DNA of 63,741 bases from Spirochaetales bacterium (GTDB lineage: Bacteria > Spirochaetota > Spirochaetia > JAIPGG01): assembly GCA_021736255.1 (NCBI GenBank), contig JAIPGG010000005.1, positions 1 to 63,741 of the forward strand, read 5' to 3'. The notes beneath the pieces were generated by a model that worked only from the letters and a program-made list of their open reading frames with translations, was not told the origin of the DNA and made no database searches. The position numbers were made by a program, and so were the translations under genes. Each line of letters opens with the position of its first letter. Within the stretch, counting starts at the first letter, position 1. Below are positions 39,373-50,210 of this stretch, piece after piece.

Positions 39373-39640
39373 GCCCCGAGTATAACAGTTCCGTGATAAA
39401 CGGTGGAATATCGGGCTCTGCAGTTGACCTGTTTCCCGTTTTTGAGTAAGTTTCCCTCCTGTCGGAACAATAGATACTATTTAACGGTGGACGGTTTGTT
39501 CCCGGTAATGAATCCGACGATTTTCGGCTGCTGCAATTTATACACAGAAGCGGCAGCTCATGCTTTTTCCGCCTTTTGCCTTTTGCATCCTTTTAAAACC
39601 TAATATTTCCCGTTGTTTCTTGAGCTGGGAGGAATACGAG

Positions 39641-40375
39641 ATGATAAATGACGTTCTCCACAATCGGGGTACGATAAAGGCCCTGAAGTTGCCACTGTTC
39701 CTGTTAATTATGGCTTTTGTTTTCGGCGGCTGTGCCCAATCTCCGAAGGTACTCGGTATGGACGGCCCGCAGGAGGTGGATACCTCCGACCAAACCTTTA
39801 AGTATATCCAGAACCCGGTTATTGCATTACCGGAGAAGGAGGATATCGGCCTTTATCTGTACCGCAATCACATTACCCGCCGTCAGGTGATTGATTTTTA
39901 TAGCGAGGTAATCGGGTCCCGGCAGATTACCATGGCGATTGTGGGCTTCGCCGAACAGAACGACGTGTCTCTTTCCCTGGCGGTTTCCCTGGCCTGGGTC
40001 GAATCCCGTTTTTCTCCGGAGGCAGTGAACCGGAATGCCTATTCCGTGGACCGGGGCCTTTTCCAGCTCAATTCAAAGTCTTTTCCTCATCTGGAGGAAG
40101 AGGAGTTTTATGACCCGGTTACCAACGCGCAGCATGCCATGCAATATCTGAGGTCCTGCCTCGATCACGGGACGAGCGAGACCGTGGCCCTGGCTATGTA
40201 CAACGCCGGGAGGGCCAGAGTCCAGGGGCGTGGGACTCCCGAGATGACCCTCCGCTACATCGACAAAATTTATAAATACCGCATCCAACTGGAACGGGAT
40301 TTCGAAGAAGCGATGAGCCGGCATGTCATTTTGAGCCGGGCAGGAGAAAACGAAAAGGAAGAACCCTCCGGTTGA
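39641..40375 (+). CDS. Lytic transglycosylase (SLT domain), probable lipoprotein
   Basis: FVFGGC; WVESRF (catalytic Glu), GLFQL, ALAMYNAG; SD GGAGG. Confidence 0.88.
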   Translation: MINDVLHNRGTIKALKLPLFLLIMAFVFGGCAQSPKVLGMDGPQEVDTSDQTFKYIQNPVIALPEKEDIGLYLYRNHITRRQVIDFYSEVIGSRQITMAIVGFAEQNDVSLSLAVSLAWVESRFSPEAVNRNAYSVDRGLFQLNSKSFPHLEEEEFYDPVTNAQHAMQYLRSCLDHGTSETVALAMYNAGRARVQGRGTPEMTLRYIDKIYKYRIQLERDFEEAMSRHVILSRAGENEKEEPSG

Positions 40376-40400
40376 CACAGCAGCACCTCCCGGCTAGGCT
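40372..40400 (+). promoter_or_regulatory. sigma70 promoter of the DAHPS-PDT gene
   Basis: TTGACA-N17-TAGGCT-N9-ATG, no SD. Confidence 0.6.
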
Positions 40401-40409
40401 CTATCTGTT

Positions 40410-42323
40410 ATGATCATAGTACTCCGGAAGGACGCGACCGAAGACCAGAAACAGTCGATAACCTCGTTTCTGACCGATAAGGGATTCAAGGTCAGAGAGA
40501 TCCAGGGTGAAGAAGATACGGTCCTCGGCGCCGTCGGTATGCTCGGTCTCGATATTCGCGAGGTGGAGATTCTTCCCGGAGTAAGCCGGGTCATTCCCAT
40601 CAGCAAACCCTATAAACTCGCTTCCCGTGAGCTGAAGCGGGAAGATACGATCGTCAGGATAGGGAATGTCCGGATCGGCGGGGACCGTTTTGCCGTTCTG
40701 GCAGGACCCTGCGCCGTTGAGTCCCGGGAGCAGATTATCGAGACGGCCAAAATCGTAAAAGAGGCCGGGGCTGTCCTTTTACGAGGCGGGGCGTTCAAAC
40801 CCCGGACCTCTCCCTATGCATTTCAGGGGCTTGGTTTCGAAGGGCTCCAGTACCTACGCGAGGCGGGCGATCTGACCGGAATGCCGATTGTGACCGAGGT
40901 CGTTGCTACCGAACACGCTTCCCGGATTGCCGAATATATCGATATGTTTCAGATCGGCGCCAGGAACATGCAGAATTTTGAGCTTTTGAAAACCGTGGGC
41001 CGGATCGGAAAGCCGGTCCTCCTCAAACGCGGACTATCGGCTACCGTGGAAGAATGGCTGATGGCCGCTGAATATCTCATGGCCCATGGAGCTGAGGATA
41101 TTGTCCTCTGCGAGCGGGGTATTCGCACCTTCGAGACATATACCAGGAATACTCTCGACCTTTCCGCTATTCCGGTTGTTAAAAAGTTGAGCCATCTTCC
41201 GGTTGTCGTTGATCCGAGCCATGCTACCGGTATCAGGGCCAAGGTGCCGCCAATGGCCCTTGCTGCCGCTGCTGCCGGAGCGGACGGCCTTATCGTCGAG
41301 GTGCATCCCCGGCCCGACCAGGCCCGCTCGGACGGGCCCCAGTCCCTGTATCCTGAGCAGTTCGAAAAGCTCATGCGGGACCTCGAAGCGCTTTCTCCGG
41401 TGCTCGACAGGGAGATTGAACGGCTGCCTGAACGGAAAAAGGCGCGGATCCTTCTTGCTCAGGAGGGGGCTTCCTCTCCTGGGACGGAAGAACACCCGGC
41501 GGACATTCCTGCTGTTGCTTTTCAGGGGGAGTCGGGAGCCTACAGTGAGACCGCACTCAAACGCTTCTATGCAGAAGAAGCCCGGCCTTTCCCGAAGAAC
41601 ACCTTCCGGGATGTTTTCGAAGCGGTTCTGACCGGCGAGGCCGATGCCGGAGTCCTGCCGGTGGAAAACTCTCTGTCCGGTTCGATTCACGAGAATTACG
41701 ATCTGCTCATTCGGTATCCCGATATCTCGATAATCGGGGAGCAAAAGATTCGCATCCAGCACAACCTGATAGGGATAGAAGGCTGTACGACTGATTCTAT
41801 TCGCAAGGTCTATTCCCACCCGCAGGGTTTCGCGCAGTGCCGGGAGTATCTGGAGGCCCATGCCGACTGGGAGCTGATCCCCTATTACGACACGGCCGGT
41901 GCGGTTGCTTATGTTGCCCGGGAGGGCAGCCGTGAACTCGCCGCTATTGCCGGCGATCAGGCGGCGCATGCATACGGTCTGGAAATCCTCAAGCGGGGAA
42001 TAGAAACCAACCCTCGAAACTACACCCGCTTTTTCGTCATCGCCAGAAGCGAACGGGCCAGACCCGACCATCCCAATACGGCCTCTTTGGTTTTTTCCAC
42101 CCTCGATAAACCGGGTTCTCTTTTCTCGTGTCTCGAGGTATTCGAGGAGCACCGGTTGAATATGAAGAAGCTCGAGTCCCGCCCCATCGCCGGCCGGCCG
42201 TGGGAATACCTGTTCTATGTGGATATCGAGTTCAAAGAAGCGCAGAAGGAATTCGATGATGCCCTGGACCAGCTCAAAGACCGGACCGATCGTCTGCGGG
42301 TTTTAGGGCGCTATTGCATCTGA
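40410..42323 (+). CDS. aroF: Fusion: type I-beta DAHP synthase (with N-terminal regulatory domain) + prephenate dehydratase-ACT
   Basis: AGPCAVES, RGGAFKPRTSPY, IGARNMQN, KRG, CERG, DPSH, SDGPQ; then VAFQGESGAYS, PVENS, SHPQ, NYTRFF, LESRP. Confidence 0.92.
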   Translation: MIIVLRKDATEDQKQSITSFLTDKGFKVREIQGEEDTVLGAVGMLGLDIREVEILPGVSRVIPISKPYKLASRELKREDTIVRIGNVRIGGDRFAVLAGPCAVESREQIIETAKIVKEAGAVLLRGGAFKPRTSPYAFQGLGFEGLQYLREAGDLTGMPIVTEVVATEHASRIAEYIDMFQIGARNMQNFELLKTVGRIGKPVLLKRGLSATVEEWLMAAEYLMAHGAEDIVLCERGIRTFETYTRNTLDLSAIPVVKKLSHLPVVVDPSHATGIRAKVPPMALAAAAAGADGLIVEVHPRPDQARSDGPQSLYPEQFEKLMRDLEALSPVLDREIERLPERKKARILLAQEGASSPGTEEHPADIPAVAFQGESGAYSETALKRFYAEEARPFPKNTFRDVFEAVLTGEADAGVLPVENSLSGSIHENYDLLIRYPDISIIGEQKIRIQHNLIGIEGCTTDSIRKVYSHPQGFAQCREYLEAHADWELIPYYDTAGAVAYVAREGSRELAAIAGDQAAHAYGLEILKRGIETNPRNYTRFFVIARSERARPDHPNTASLVFSTLDKPGSLFSCLEVFEEHRLNMKKLESRPIAGRPWEYLFYVDIEFKEAQKEFDDALDQLKDRTDRLRVLGRYCI

Positions 42324-42338
42324 AGCGGAGCTTCGAAC

Positions 42339-43748
42339 TTACTCAATATCCACACCAAGTTTTTTGAGCTGATCAACCTCTTCTTTCTTGGCAGCATATT
42401 CATGGATTTTCTGATTCGCCTTAATCATTGTGTTCTTGATAGCGGAGAGCTCGGCTTTCACTCCCCGCATTCGTTCCCGCTGGCTTCTGGGAACTTCGCT
42501 GCGGAGGTAGGTGTTCAAACCGCTCAGACGGCGATGGATGATTGAGAGTTCGGTGATATTTGACTCCAACAGGGAATAGAGCTGTTCCTCTCCGGCCGAT
42601 TCCAGTTTTTGATAGGTGGGACTGACCCGATTGCCCATGGAAGAGAGAAGTTTTGCCTTTTTCCGGGTCCGCTGGATAAAACTGTCGAAATTGATTTTCT
42701 CCGATTTTCTGGTTGCTGACACCGGATCGAGATACTCGATGTCGTAGATCCGTGTCTCTGATTCGCTCTTGAAGGTGTCCATCAGCCAACGTCGGAATTT
42801 CTCTTTGAAGGTCAGTTTTCGTTGATCGATGAGCTCCTGGTTGGTCAATAAACCGCCGATAGCCGCTTCCATCTGGGATCCTGCGTTGGATAAGATTCTG
42901 GCCGCCTCGAGGAGATAACTCTTGTAGTCGATCTTTTGTTTCTTCTGTTTCTTTTCCTTTGATTGAACCCTCAACTTTTCCAGTATGTTCTGGTGCTGGG
43001 TGCCGGCGTCCGGGCCGTAGTCTTCCTCGATGACTTCCTGGATCAGTTCCGGATAGAAGGGGCGGCCCTCCATCGCTGTGGGAAACTGCTGTTTGATTTT
43101 CCCGGCCAGTTCCTTGCGCTGGTTCGTGGGGTAACTGTAATCCGGATCTATCTGAGTCAGAATGCGACTGCGAATCTCATATTTGTATCGCTCCCTGTGG
43201 TAATGGGCCACCTCTTTCAGGATGGAAAGGCAGTTTTTCATGCTCTTTTCCATTTGGGATCGGGTATTGTTGATGACACCGGTTGCAATATTGTCGCTCG
43301 GCTGACGGACCTTGTTGATTATTTCGGCCAGGGTCTTTGTATTCAGCTGGTTGTAATTCTCTCGAAGGTTTGCCCAGTTGAAATAGGTTGTCAGGTTTAC
43401 GAGGGTTTTGATCTGCTTGAGAGAGAGGTTGTCCAGATTGAATTGAAAATAATTGATAAGAAAGTCGAGCTGGGATTCATATTTCGAGAGGCGGATACTC
43501 ATTTCTTCCTTTTTGTCCGTTTCCGAGAAGGGGCCGGTCGGTGGAATTTGAATATCCGGAAGTTTTTCCTCGTACTTGTAGGGGTCTTCGTTGATCAGTG
43601 CCTTTTGTAAAAGCAGTTTGTATAGCCCCTCGAAGCCGGCGTGCATACTTCGGTACTCTTCCTTGAGCCGGGAAAGCTGAGTATTTTCTATATACTCTCT
43701 TCGTTGTTCGAGGGCTTCTTCGAGTTCGGAAAGAAAGTTCCCATCCAT
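42339..43748 (-). CDS. Cytoplasmic alpha-helical hypothetical protein (469 aa)
   Basis: Long ORF, no signal or TM, charged helical composition; promoter TTGAAT-17-AATAAT 8 nt before ATG. Confidence 0.8.
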   Translation of the reverse strand: MDGNFLSELEEALEQRREYIENTQLSRLKEEYRSMHAGFEGLYKLLLQKALINEDPYKYEEKLPDIQIPPTGPFSETDKKEEMSIRLSKYESQLDFLINYFQFNLDNLSLKQIKTLVNLTTYFNWANLRENYNQLNTKTLAEIINKVRQPSDNIATGVINNTRSQMEKSMKNCLSILKEVAHYHRERYKYEIRSRILTQIDPDYSYPTNQRKELAGKIKQQFPTAMEGRPFYPELIQEVIEEDYGPDAGTQHQNILEKLRVQSKEKKQKKQKIDYKSYLLEAARILSNAGSQMEAAIGGLLTNQELIDQRKLTFKEKFRRWLMDTFKSESETRIYDIEYLDPVSATRKSEKINFDSFIQRTRKKAKLLSSMGNRVSPTYQKLESAGEEQLYSLLESNITELSIIHRRLSGLNTYLRSEVPRSQRERMRGVKAELSAIKNTMIKANQKIHEYAAKKEEVDQLKKLGVDIE

Positions 43749-43790
43749 ACTCTCGTATTATTGATGAATTTCAGTTATTATTCAATGTTC

Positions 43791-44330
43791 ATGGGGACTG
43801 TTCACTCTTTTCAGCCGGAAAAGCTCGCAGCCGGCCTGCTTTGGACCAATGCTGCCGACCGCAGTTGGGCTTTGTCGCTGCTCGAGCGCAGCTTTGGCGA
43901 GATAGATTATGCCGGGCCGGATATGCTGTTCTCCTTCACCTCGTATTACGACCAGGAACTCGGAACGCCGATTTACCGGAGTTTGGTCTCGTTTCGGGAA
44001 CTGGTGGATCCGGCGGACTTGGCTTCGATCAAGCTCGAGACGAACGAACTCGAGACGGTAATGACCGTGGCCGGGCGGCGCCGGGTGAATATAGATCCGG
44101 GCCTGCTCACCCTCAGCCGCTTCTCTCTTGCAACGACCAAGGAAAACTCCCACCGCATTCCCCTCCGGCATGGTATCTTTGCAGAGATCACCCTGCTCTA
44201 TCACCGAGGCGGTTATGAACCCCTTCCCTGGACCTATCCCGACTACCGCAGCAAGGAATATCACGAAATTTTGCTGGAAATTCGCTCGAGATTGAAGCAG
44301 CAGCTTATCCCCGCCGGTAATAGGGGGTGA
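43791..44330 (+). CDS. DUF4416 family protein
   Basis: FTSYYDQELG, LASIKLETNELE, RRVNIDPGLL, LATTKENSHRIPL..GIFAEITL.Y, WTYPDY. Confidence 0.85.
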   Translation: MGTVHSFQPEKLAAGLLWTNAADRSWALSLLERSFGEIDYAGPDMLFSFTSYYDQELGTPIYRSLVSFRELVDPADLASIKLETNELETVMTVAGRRRVNIDPGLLTLSRFSLATTKENSHRIPLRHGIFAEITLLYHRGGYEPLPWTYPDYRSKEYHEILLEIRSRLKQQLIPAGNRG

Positions 44331-44364
44331 TGGAGAAAAGGATCTTACCTGCTCATGCCGGCTC

Positions 44365-44440
44365 TACTGCCGGCACGGACTGTACTGCCGGCACGAGCCC
44401 GGCTGCCGACACGGGCCCGGCTGCTCCGGCAGGAGCAGCC
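44365..44440. repeat. Three degenerate 18-bp tandem units followed by a perfect 9-bp-stem hairpin
   Basis: TACTGCCGGCACGGACTG / TACTGCCGGCACGAGCCC / GGCTGCCGACACGGGCCC, then GGCTGCTCC-GGCA-GGAGCAGCC. Confidence 0.75.
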
Positions 44441-44461
44441 CGGCGGGTTTAAAGCCTGTCC

Positions 44462-45274
44462 TTGATAGTCGGCCTCGCCTTTTTTGTTTTCCTGCCGGCT
44501 TCCGGCTGCAGTTTCTTCGGGCCCGAGGCTGAGCTGGAGGTAATCGCGCCGGAGCTTCCCGGCGGCCTCTCTGCCGCCTTGGGGCGCAGCGGCCTGGAGG
44601 CCTCCGGCCGGATAATCAGCCGGGATTTGACGGGGGGAAAGCAGTCGGTGGTCTGCGCTCCCGGGGCCGCCGGGACGGTCCGTCTGCCCAAGCGGCCGGG
44701 CCGGGCGCTGCTGTATGAGTTCGGGGTGCCGGGTACCGGTCTCCGGGTGCGCCCGGCCGGGGCAGTTTTTCCCGTCGGGCTCGACGGCGGGGGCTCCCTC
44801 CGTCTGAGGTGGAGGGACGGCCCGGCGGCCGAACTCCTTCTGGCGGCAGAGGCAGGCGGGGTGGACACATCCAGACTCAACACCGGACGCTTGGTAAAAG
44901 AGATCAGTGAGCGTATCGACGGATCCACCTGGAGACTCGACCGTGCCCTGCTTTCAAAGACCCTGGAAGCAGGGGAGATGAAGGCCTACCGTATTCGGGA
45001 AAAGGAAGACTTCGAGATTTCCCTTCTATTGCCGGAGGGAATCTGGCTTCCCCTCGATCCCATGGCTGAGACCATCGAAGCGGGGCCGGAATCGGGCATT
45101 CCGGCGGATCCGGCTCCCTGGCCTGAGTTGTGGAAAGGAGCAGTATACGAGATGGAGATGGAGCTTTCCGCCGGTTACCATTCCTGGATACGTTCGGACG
45201 GCCGGTTTTTTGCTGCATGCACGATAGGTGAGAGAGAAAAGCCCCCGGTTTTTTTAAAACAGGCGGGTTCGTAG
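44462..45274 (+). CDS. Hypothetical lipoprotein
   Basis: Hydrophobic N-terminus with LPASGC; TTG start uncertain. Confidence 0.6.
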   Translation: MIVGLAFFVFLPASGCSFFGPEAELEVIAPELPGGLSAALGRSGLEASGRIISRDLTGGKQSVVCAPGAAGTVRLPKRPGRALLYEFGVPGTGLRVRPAGAVFPVGLDGGGSLRLRWRDGPAAELLLAAEAGGVDTSRLNTGRLVKEISERIDGSTWRLDRALLSKTLEAGEMKAYRIREKEDFEISLLLPEGIWLPLDPMAETIEAGPESGIPADPAPWPELWKGAVYEMEMELSAGYHSWIRSDGRFFAACTIGEREKPPVFLKQAGS

Positions 45275-45329
45275 GACCCTGCCGAGCACAGATTTTGGCT
45301 CCGGATGCAGCACGTTGTGCCGGAGATTG

Positions 45330-46508
45330 CTAGAGGTCTACGATTCGGGACTTGGTCAGTATCCGGACCCCGCTCGAGGTACAAAGGACATCGTTTTCCA
45401 GCCTCACGCCGCCTGCCTCGCTGCTGTAGAGTCCGGGCTCGATGGTAAATACTGTTCCCGGCATAAGCGGGGCTTCTGCATGGGGATGGTCGCGGAGGAA
45501 GGGCGGTTCGTGTATCTCCAGCCCGATGCCGTGACCGAGGCCGTGGGGCAGGGTAAAACCGTGCCGGGCAAAGAAGGCCGATGCCAGCTGCATGAGGGAA
45601 CGGGAACTCACTCCCGCTTCGGCAGCATCTGCGGCAAGAAGAAATGCTTCCCGCACCAGGCGGACCATCTCCTGCTGACGAGGGTCAGGCCGGTCGGAAA
45701 AGGATACCGTAACATCGGTGGCATAGCCGTCGACCTTCAGCCCGAAATCAACCAGCGACAGCCCGCCGCCCTTTGCCAGGAAGGGGGCGTTGCTCGAAGG
45801 AGGAGCGGCATGAATCGCCCAGCTCCGCTCCGGGCCGGCTGCCAGGGTGGAAAACGAGGTGCTTTCTGCTCCCATTTTTGTTCCTTCGGCGGTAATAAAG
45901 AGCGAGAGCTCTGCTTCGGTAGGTACCGGATGCTCGCCGACCCGCCGAACGACCTTCTCTATCAGGCGGTTGGTCATTTCAGCCGCCCGTTCGTAGAGTG
46001 CGAGTTCCCAGGCATCCTTGACTTTCCGCATATCCGAGACAGCCTGCCATGCTCCCTCCCGGCGGCAAAAAAAACGGGCCTGCTCAATAGTTTCTTCCAT
46101 TTCCCGGTACAAGAGGTGGGCGGTTGCAGGAGAGAGTTCGACAGATGTTGCCCCGCCCTCTCCACCGGCCGGCTTTTTAGACAGGAAAGAGATTTCCCCC
46201 TCCTGCAGAGACAGGGCCAGTGCTTCTACGGGATTCCGGTTTACCTCGGTGTATTGTCGAAGGCGGGGACACGAGGCTCTGCGGCGGGCGAGCTCCATAT
46301 CCCAGGCAAACAGAAGCGGTTCGCCGGCGGCCGGAAGCAGCAGCACGGCCTCCTCTGGAAAACCGGTGAGGTAGCGTACCAGCGGTTCACTCGCCAATTC
46401 CGAATGATGCAGCAAAAGGAGATCTATCCCGTACTCGCCGATTCGCCTGGCTGCTTCGGCCTGTCTGGCAGGGTAATCGGGACCGGAGGAGGTGTTTTGA
46501 TCGGTCAT
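45330..46508 (-). CDS. Xaa-Pro aminopeptidase family (M24)
   Basis: [35 protein letters not shown]; ATGA overlap with leuS. Confidence 0.9.
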   Translation of the reverse strand: MTDQNTSSGPDYPARQAEAARRIGEYGIDLLLLHHSELASEPLVRYLTGFPEEAVLLLPAAGEPLLFAWDMELARRRASCPRLRQYTEVNRNPVEALALSLQEGEISFLSKKPAGGEGGATSVELSPATAHLLYREMEETIEQARFFCRREGAWQAVSDMRKVKDAWELALYERAAEMTNRLIEKVVRRVGEHPVPTEAELSLFITAEGTKMGAESTSFSTLAAGPERSWAIHAAPPSSNAPFLAKGGGLSLVDFGLKVDGYATDVTVSFSDRPDPRQQEMVRLVREAFLLAADAAEAGVSSRSLMQLASAFFARHGFTLPHGLGHGIGLEIHEPPFLRDHPHAEAPLMPGTVFTIEPGLYSSEAGGVRLENDVLCTSSGVRILTKSRIVDL

Positions 46509-48940
46509 TTTGCGCTCACAGCAATATTCACGAGTTTATCGGGAATGGTTATAACCTTTTTGATCGACTTGCCCTCGATCCATTCCTGTATGCGCTCGTG
46601 CTCGAGGGCGGTTTTCTCGAGTTTTTCCTTGTCCATGCCGGCGGGTAAATCGACCTTGGCCCGTACCTTTCCGTTTACCTGGATCACAATGGTAACCTCT
46701 TCTTCACGGGCCAGTTCCTCGTCCCACTCGGGCCAGTCTTGCCGGGTAACCGAAGGCTCATTGCCGAGCCGGGCCCAAAGTTCTTCGGCCAGATGCGGTG
46801 CGTAGGGCGCCAGAAGCCGCAGGAAGGGGTCCCAGAGGCGGGAGTACAGCGCTTCTTCCTTGAAGGCCTCGTTGATAAAGATCATCATCTGGGCAATGGC
46901 GGTGTTGAAAGCAAGGATGTCGGTGTCGTCGGTTACCTTCTTGATTGTCTGATGGAGCACCTTGACCAGGTGGCGGGGGGGCTGGGAATCCACAGCCTCC
47001 CGCCGGGAGAGGCGCCATACCCTGTCCAGAAAGCGGTGAACCCCGGCCAGGCCGTTGGTGGACCAGGGTTTTGAAACCTCCAGAGGACCCATGAACATCT
47101 CGTAGACCCGCATCGAATCAGCCCCGTAGTCACGGACGATGTCGTCGGGATTGATTACATTGCCGAGGGATTTCGACATCTTTACACCGCCTTCACCCAG
47201 GATCATTCCCTGGTTGACCAGCCGCTGAAACGGTTCAGAGGTCGGGACAGCGCCGATGTCGTAGAGGACCTTGTGCCAGAAGCGGGCATAGAGAAGGTGA
47301 AGTACTGCATGTTCGGCTCCTCCTACATACAGGTCGACCGGCAGCCAGTATTCGAGCTTGGCCGGGTCGGCGAGGGAGGCGTCGTTTCGCGGATCGAGAT
47401 AGCGGAGGTAATACCAGCAGGAACCTGCCCACTGGGGCATGGTGTTGGTTTCTCGCCGGGCCTTCCCCCCGCATACCGGGCACTCGGTGTTTACCCACTC
47501 GTCGATAACCGCAAGCGGCGACTCTCCCGTCCCGGTGGGAGTGAAGCTCTCGACCTCCGGCAGCGTGAGAGGAAGGTCCTTTTCCGGTACGGGCACCACG
47601 CCGCATTTCTCACAGTGGAGGAGGGGGATCGGTTCTCCCCAGTAGCGCTGACGGGAGAAGATCCAATCACGAAGTTTATAGTTGACTGCACGTTTGCCCA
47701 GGCCCTGTTCTTCGAGCCACTCGACGATATGTGTTTTGAATGTCGGGGTGTCGAGGCCGTCGAACCGGCCGGAATTGACGGCGACCCCGTTGCCGGCGTA
47801 GCAGAAATCGGGTTCTCCCTTTTCATCGCTTGTTACCCCTCCGCCGTCGACTACCTGGATGATAGGAAGATCAAAGGTCTTAGCGAATTCCCAGTCCCGC
47901 TCATCGTGGGCGGGAACGGCCATTATTGCCCCGGTCCCGTAGGAAATAAGAATGTAATCCGAGATCCATATCGGAATTCGTTTATTGTTCACGGGATTGA
48001 CGGCGTAGGCTCCGGTAAAGACCCCGGTTTTCTCTTTTGCAAGGTCGGTTCGTTCCAGATCGGATTTGGCTGCTGCTTCACGGATGTATGTTTCAACCGC
48101 TTTACGCCGGTCGTCGGTGGCCACCTGTTGGACAAGATGATGCTCAGGGGCAAGGACCATGTAGGTCGCGCCGAAGAGGGTGTCCGGCCGAGTGGTAAAT
48201 ACCTCCAGGTCTTCTTCGCTGTTTTCGATTTTGAAGACGACGTTTGCCCCAACGCTCTTGCCGATCCAGTTTCTCTGCATCGATTTGATCGATTCGGGCC
48301 AGTCGACCTTTTCCAGGTCCTCCAGCAGTCGTTCGGCGTAATCGGTGATCTTGAGCATCCATTGGCGAATGTTCTTCCGGAACACCTTCTCGCCGCAGCG
48401 TTCGCACTTGCCGTCGGTTACCTCTTCATTGGCAAGGCCGGTTTTACAGGAGGGGCACCAGTTGATGGGGACGGTATCCTCATAAGCCAGCCCTTGTTTG
48501 TAGAGTTTGAGAAAGATCCACTGGGTCCAGCGGTAGTAGTCCGGATTGTGGGTAGATATCTCTCGGCTCCAGTCGTAAGAGAAGCCGAGGGATTTGATTT
48601 GCCGGCGGAACATCTCGATATTCGTCTCGGTGGACTTTCTCGGGTGGGTTCCGGTTTTGATGGCATAGTTCTCCGCAGGCAGACCGAAGGAGTCGAAGCC
48701 TATGGGATGGAGCACATGATACCCCCGCATGCGGAGAAAACGGGAATAGATGTCGGTCGCCGTGTATCCCTCCGGATGTCCCACGTGGAGGCCGGAAGAG
48801 GAAGGGTAGGGGAACATGTCCAGAATATATTTTCGTTTCTCTTTCGGGACCGAGGGATCTTCATCTACCTGGTAGAGGTTGTTTTCTTCCCAGTACTTTT
48901 GCCAGCGGCTTTCTATCTCGGTAAAAGGGTATGTGCTCAT
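46505..48940 (-). CDS. leuS: Leucyl-tRNA synthetase
   Basis: [45 protein letters not shown]. Confidence 0.97.
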   Translation of the reverse strand: MSTYPFTEIESRWQKYWEENNLYQVDEDPSVPKEKRKYILDMFPYPSSSGLHVGHPEGYTATDIYSRFLRMRGYHVLHPIGFDSFGLPAENYAIKTGTHPRKSTETNIEMFRRQIKSLGFSYDWSREISTHNPDYYRWTQWIFLKLYKQGLAYEDTVPINWCPSCKTGLANEEVTDGKCERCGEKVFRKNIRQWMLKITDYAERLLEDLEKVDWPESIKSMQRNWIGKSVGANVVFKIENSEEDLEVFTTRPDTLFGATYMVLAPEHHLVQQVATDDRRKAVETYIREAAAKSDLERTDLAKEKTGVFTGAYAVNPVNNKRIPIWISDYILISYGTGAIMAVPAHDERDWEFAKTFDLPIIQVVDGGGVTSDEKGEPDFCYAGNGVAVNSGRFDGLDTPTFKTHIVEWLEEQGLGKRAVNYKLRDWIFSRQRYWGEPIPLLHCEKCGVVPVPEKDLPLTLPEVESFTPTGTGESPLAVIDEWVNTECPVCGGKARRETNTMPQWAGSCWYYLRYLDPRNDASLADPAKLEYWLPVDLYVGGAEHAVLHLLYARFWHKVLYDIGAVPTSEPFQRLVNQGMILGEGGVKMSKSLGNVINPDDIVRDYGADSMRVYEMFMGPLEVSKPWSTNGLAGVHRFLDRVWRLSRREAVDSQPPRHLVKVLHQTIKKVTDDTDILAFNTAIAQMMIFINEAFKEEALYSRLWDPFLRLLAPYAPHLAEELWARLGNEPSVTRQDWPEWDEELAREEEVTIVIQVNGKVRAKVDLPAGMDKEKLEKTALEHERIQEWIEGKSIKKVITIPDKLVNIAVSAK

Positions 48941-48947
48941 AGCAGGC

Positions 48948-48977
48948 ATAATAGTCGAAAAAGGCCTGTTGCTTCAA
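48948..48977 (-). promoter_or_regulatory. sigma70 promoter of leuS, leaderless geometry
   Basis: TTGAAG-N18-TATTAT-N7-ATG. Confidence 0.6.
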
Positions 48978-49016
48978 GCTTGACGAATGCCGCCTGTTTG
49001 TTTCTATACTGGATGG

Positions 49017-50210
49017 ATGAATACAAACAGGATGAACTCGATCAGTGATTTCCTTTCTTCCGAGATGAGGGCGGACCTCGAACAACCGGCTCGCACGGCC
49101 TGTCGAACGGTTCTTGGACTTCAGTCTGGGGAGCGGGTCCTCATCATTACCAATCCCGAGCCGGATGTTTTTGCCATAGCGGCCGCCTTTCACCAGGCGG
49201 CCGCGCAGGAAGGGGCGGTTCCTGTCTTCCTCGTCCAGCCGGTCAAACAGCAGCTCGAGGAAGGAGAAGAGGCGGTTTTCGGCGCAATCGGAAGCGAGCC
49301 GGATGTCGTGCTATCACTGACCCGGTTCAAGATGGGAAAGGACCGGCGGGGGATCGTCAATCCCTATCCCCGAAAACAGGAATCTTCCCCCGAAGAGAAG
49401 ACATACGACAACCTGTTTCACTATCTCCTGTTCGGTAAACGCAGTCTCCGGGGTGCCTGGTCTCCGGGAATCACCCGGGATATCTTTCGCCGGACGGTGG
49501 ACATCGATTATACCGAGCTCCGCCGAAAGGCCGCGGCCGTGCAGCAGCTGCTCGACACGGCCGTAGCCGCACGGATTACTTCCGAGGCCGGTACCGATAT
49601 CTCTCTCGGACTCAGAGGCCGCAGGGCGATTCTGGATAACGGGGATTTTACCCGTCCGGGTACGGGGGGCAACCTACCCGCCGGAGAAGCCTTTATCTCT
49701 CCCGCCTTGAAAACGGCGGAGGGAAGGATCGTTTTCGACGGGAGTATTACCACGCTCCGGGGGGATCTGATGATCGATAGTCCGGTGGCTGTGGAGGTAA
49801 GCGGCGGATACGTGAAGAAGGTCTTTTCAGCAGGGGGCATGCCCAATGAGGCGGCGGAAATCCTTCAGGAAACCCTCGACCGGTCTGCGGAAAATGCACG
49901 CCGCTGCGAGGCCGAGGGCAAATTGGCCGAAGGGCAGGGGGCTGTCTATGCCCGGAATGCCGGGTCGATCGGGGAACTGGGTATCGGGCTCAATCCTGCG
50001 GCCCGTATCACCGGAAGTATGCTGGAGGACGAAAAGGCGGCGCGCACCTGCCATCTTGCCCTGGGGAGCAATTACGATGAAGATGCTCCCGCCCTTACCC
50101 ACCTGGACGGGCTGGTTCGCGAACCGACCATTGAACTGGAAATGCCCGACCGGTCGCGAAAAGAGATACTTATTCGGGGTGATCTGCATCTTCCGGACGG
50201 TGAGGGATGA
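49017..50210 (+). CDS. Metallo-aminopeptidase, M29-like
   Basis: GNLPAGEAF, AEGRIVFDG, GELGIG, EDEK...HLALG, HLD; TATACT 6 nt before ATG 49017. Confidence 0.8.
   Translation: MNTNRMNSISDFLSSEMRADLEQPARTACRTVLGLQSGERVLIITNPEPDVFAIAAAFHQAAAQEGAVPVFLVQPVKQQLEEGEEAVFGAIGSEPDVVLSLTRFKMGKDRRGIVNPYPRKQESSPEEKTYDNLFHYLLFGKRSLRGAWSPGITRDIFRRTVDIDYTELRRKAAAVQQLLDTAVAARITSEAGTDISLGLRGRRAILDNGDFTRPGTGGNLPAGEAFISPALKTAEGRIVFDGSITTLRGDLMIDSPVAVEVSGGYVKKVFSAGGMPNEAAEILQETLDRSAENARRCEAEGKLAEGQGAVYARNAGSIGELGIGLNPAARITGSMLEDEKAARTCHLALGSNYDEDAPALTHLDGLVREPTIELEMPDRSRKEILIRGDLHLPDGEG

Noticed and set aside
45330-50210. Functional link between leuS and the flanking M24 and M29 peptidases
   Set aside because: Only adjacency supports it; both are common housekeeping peptidase families
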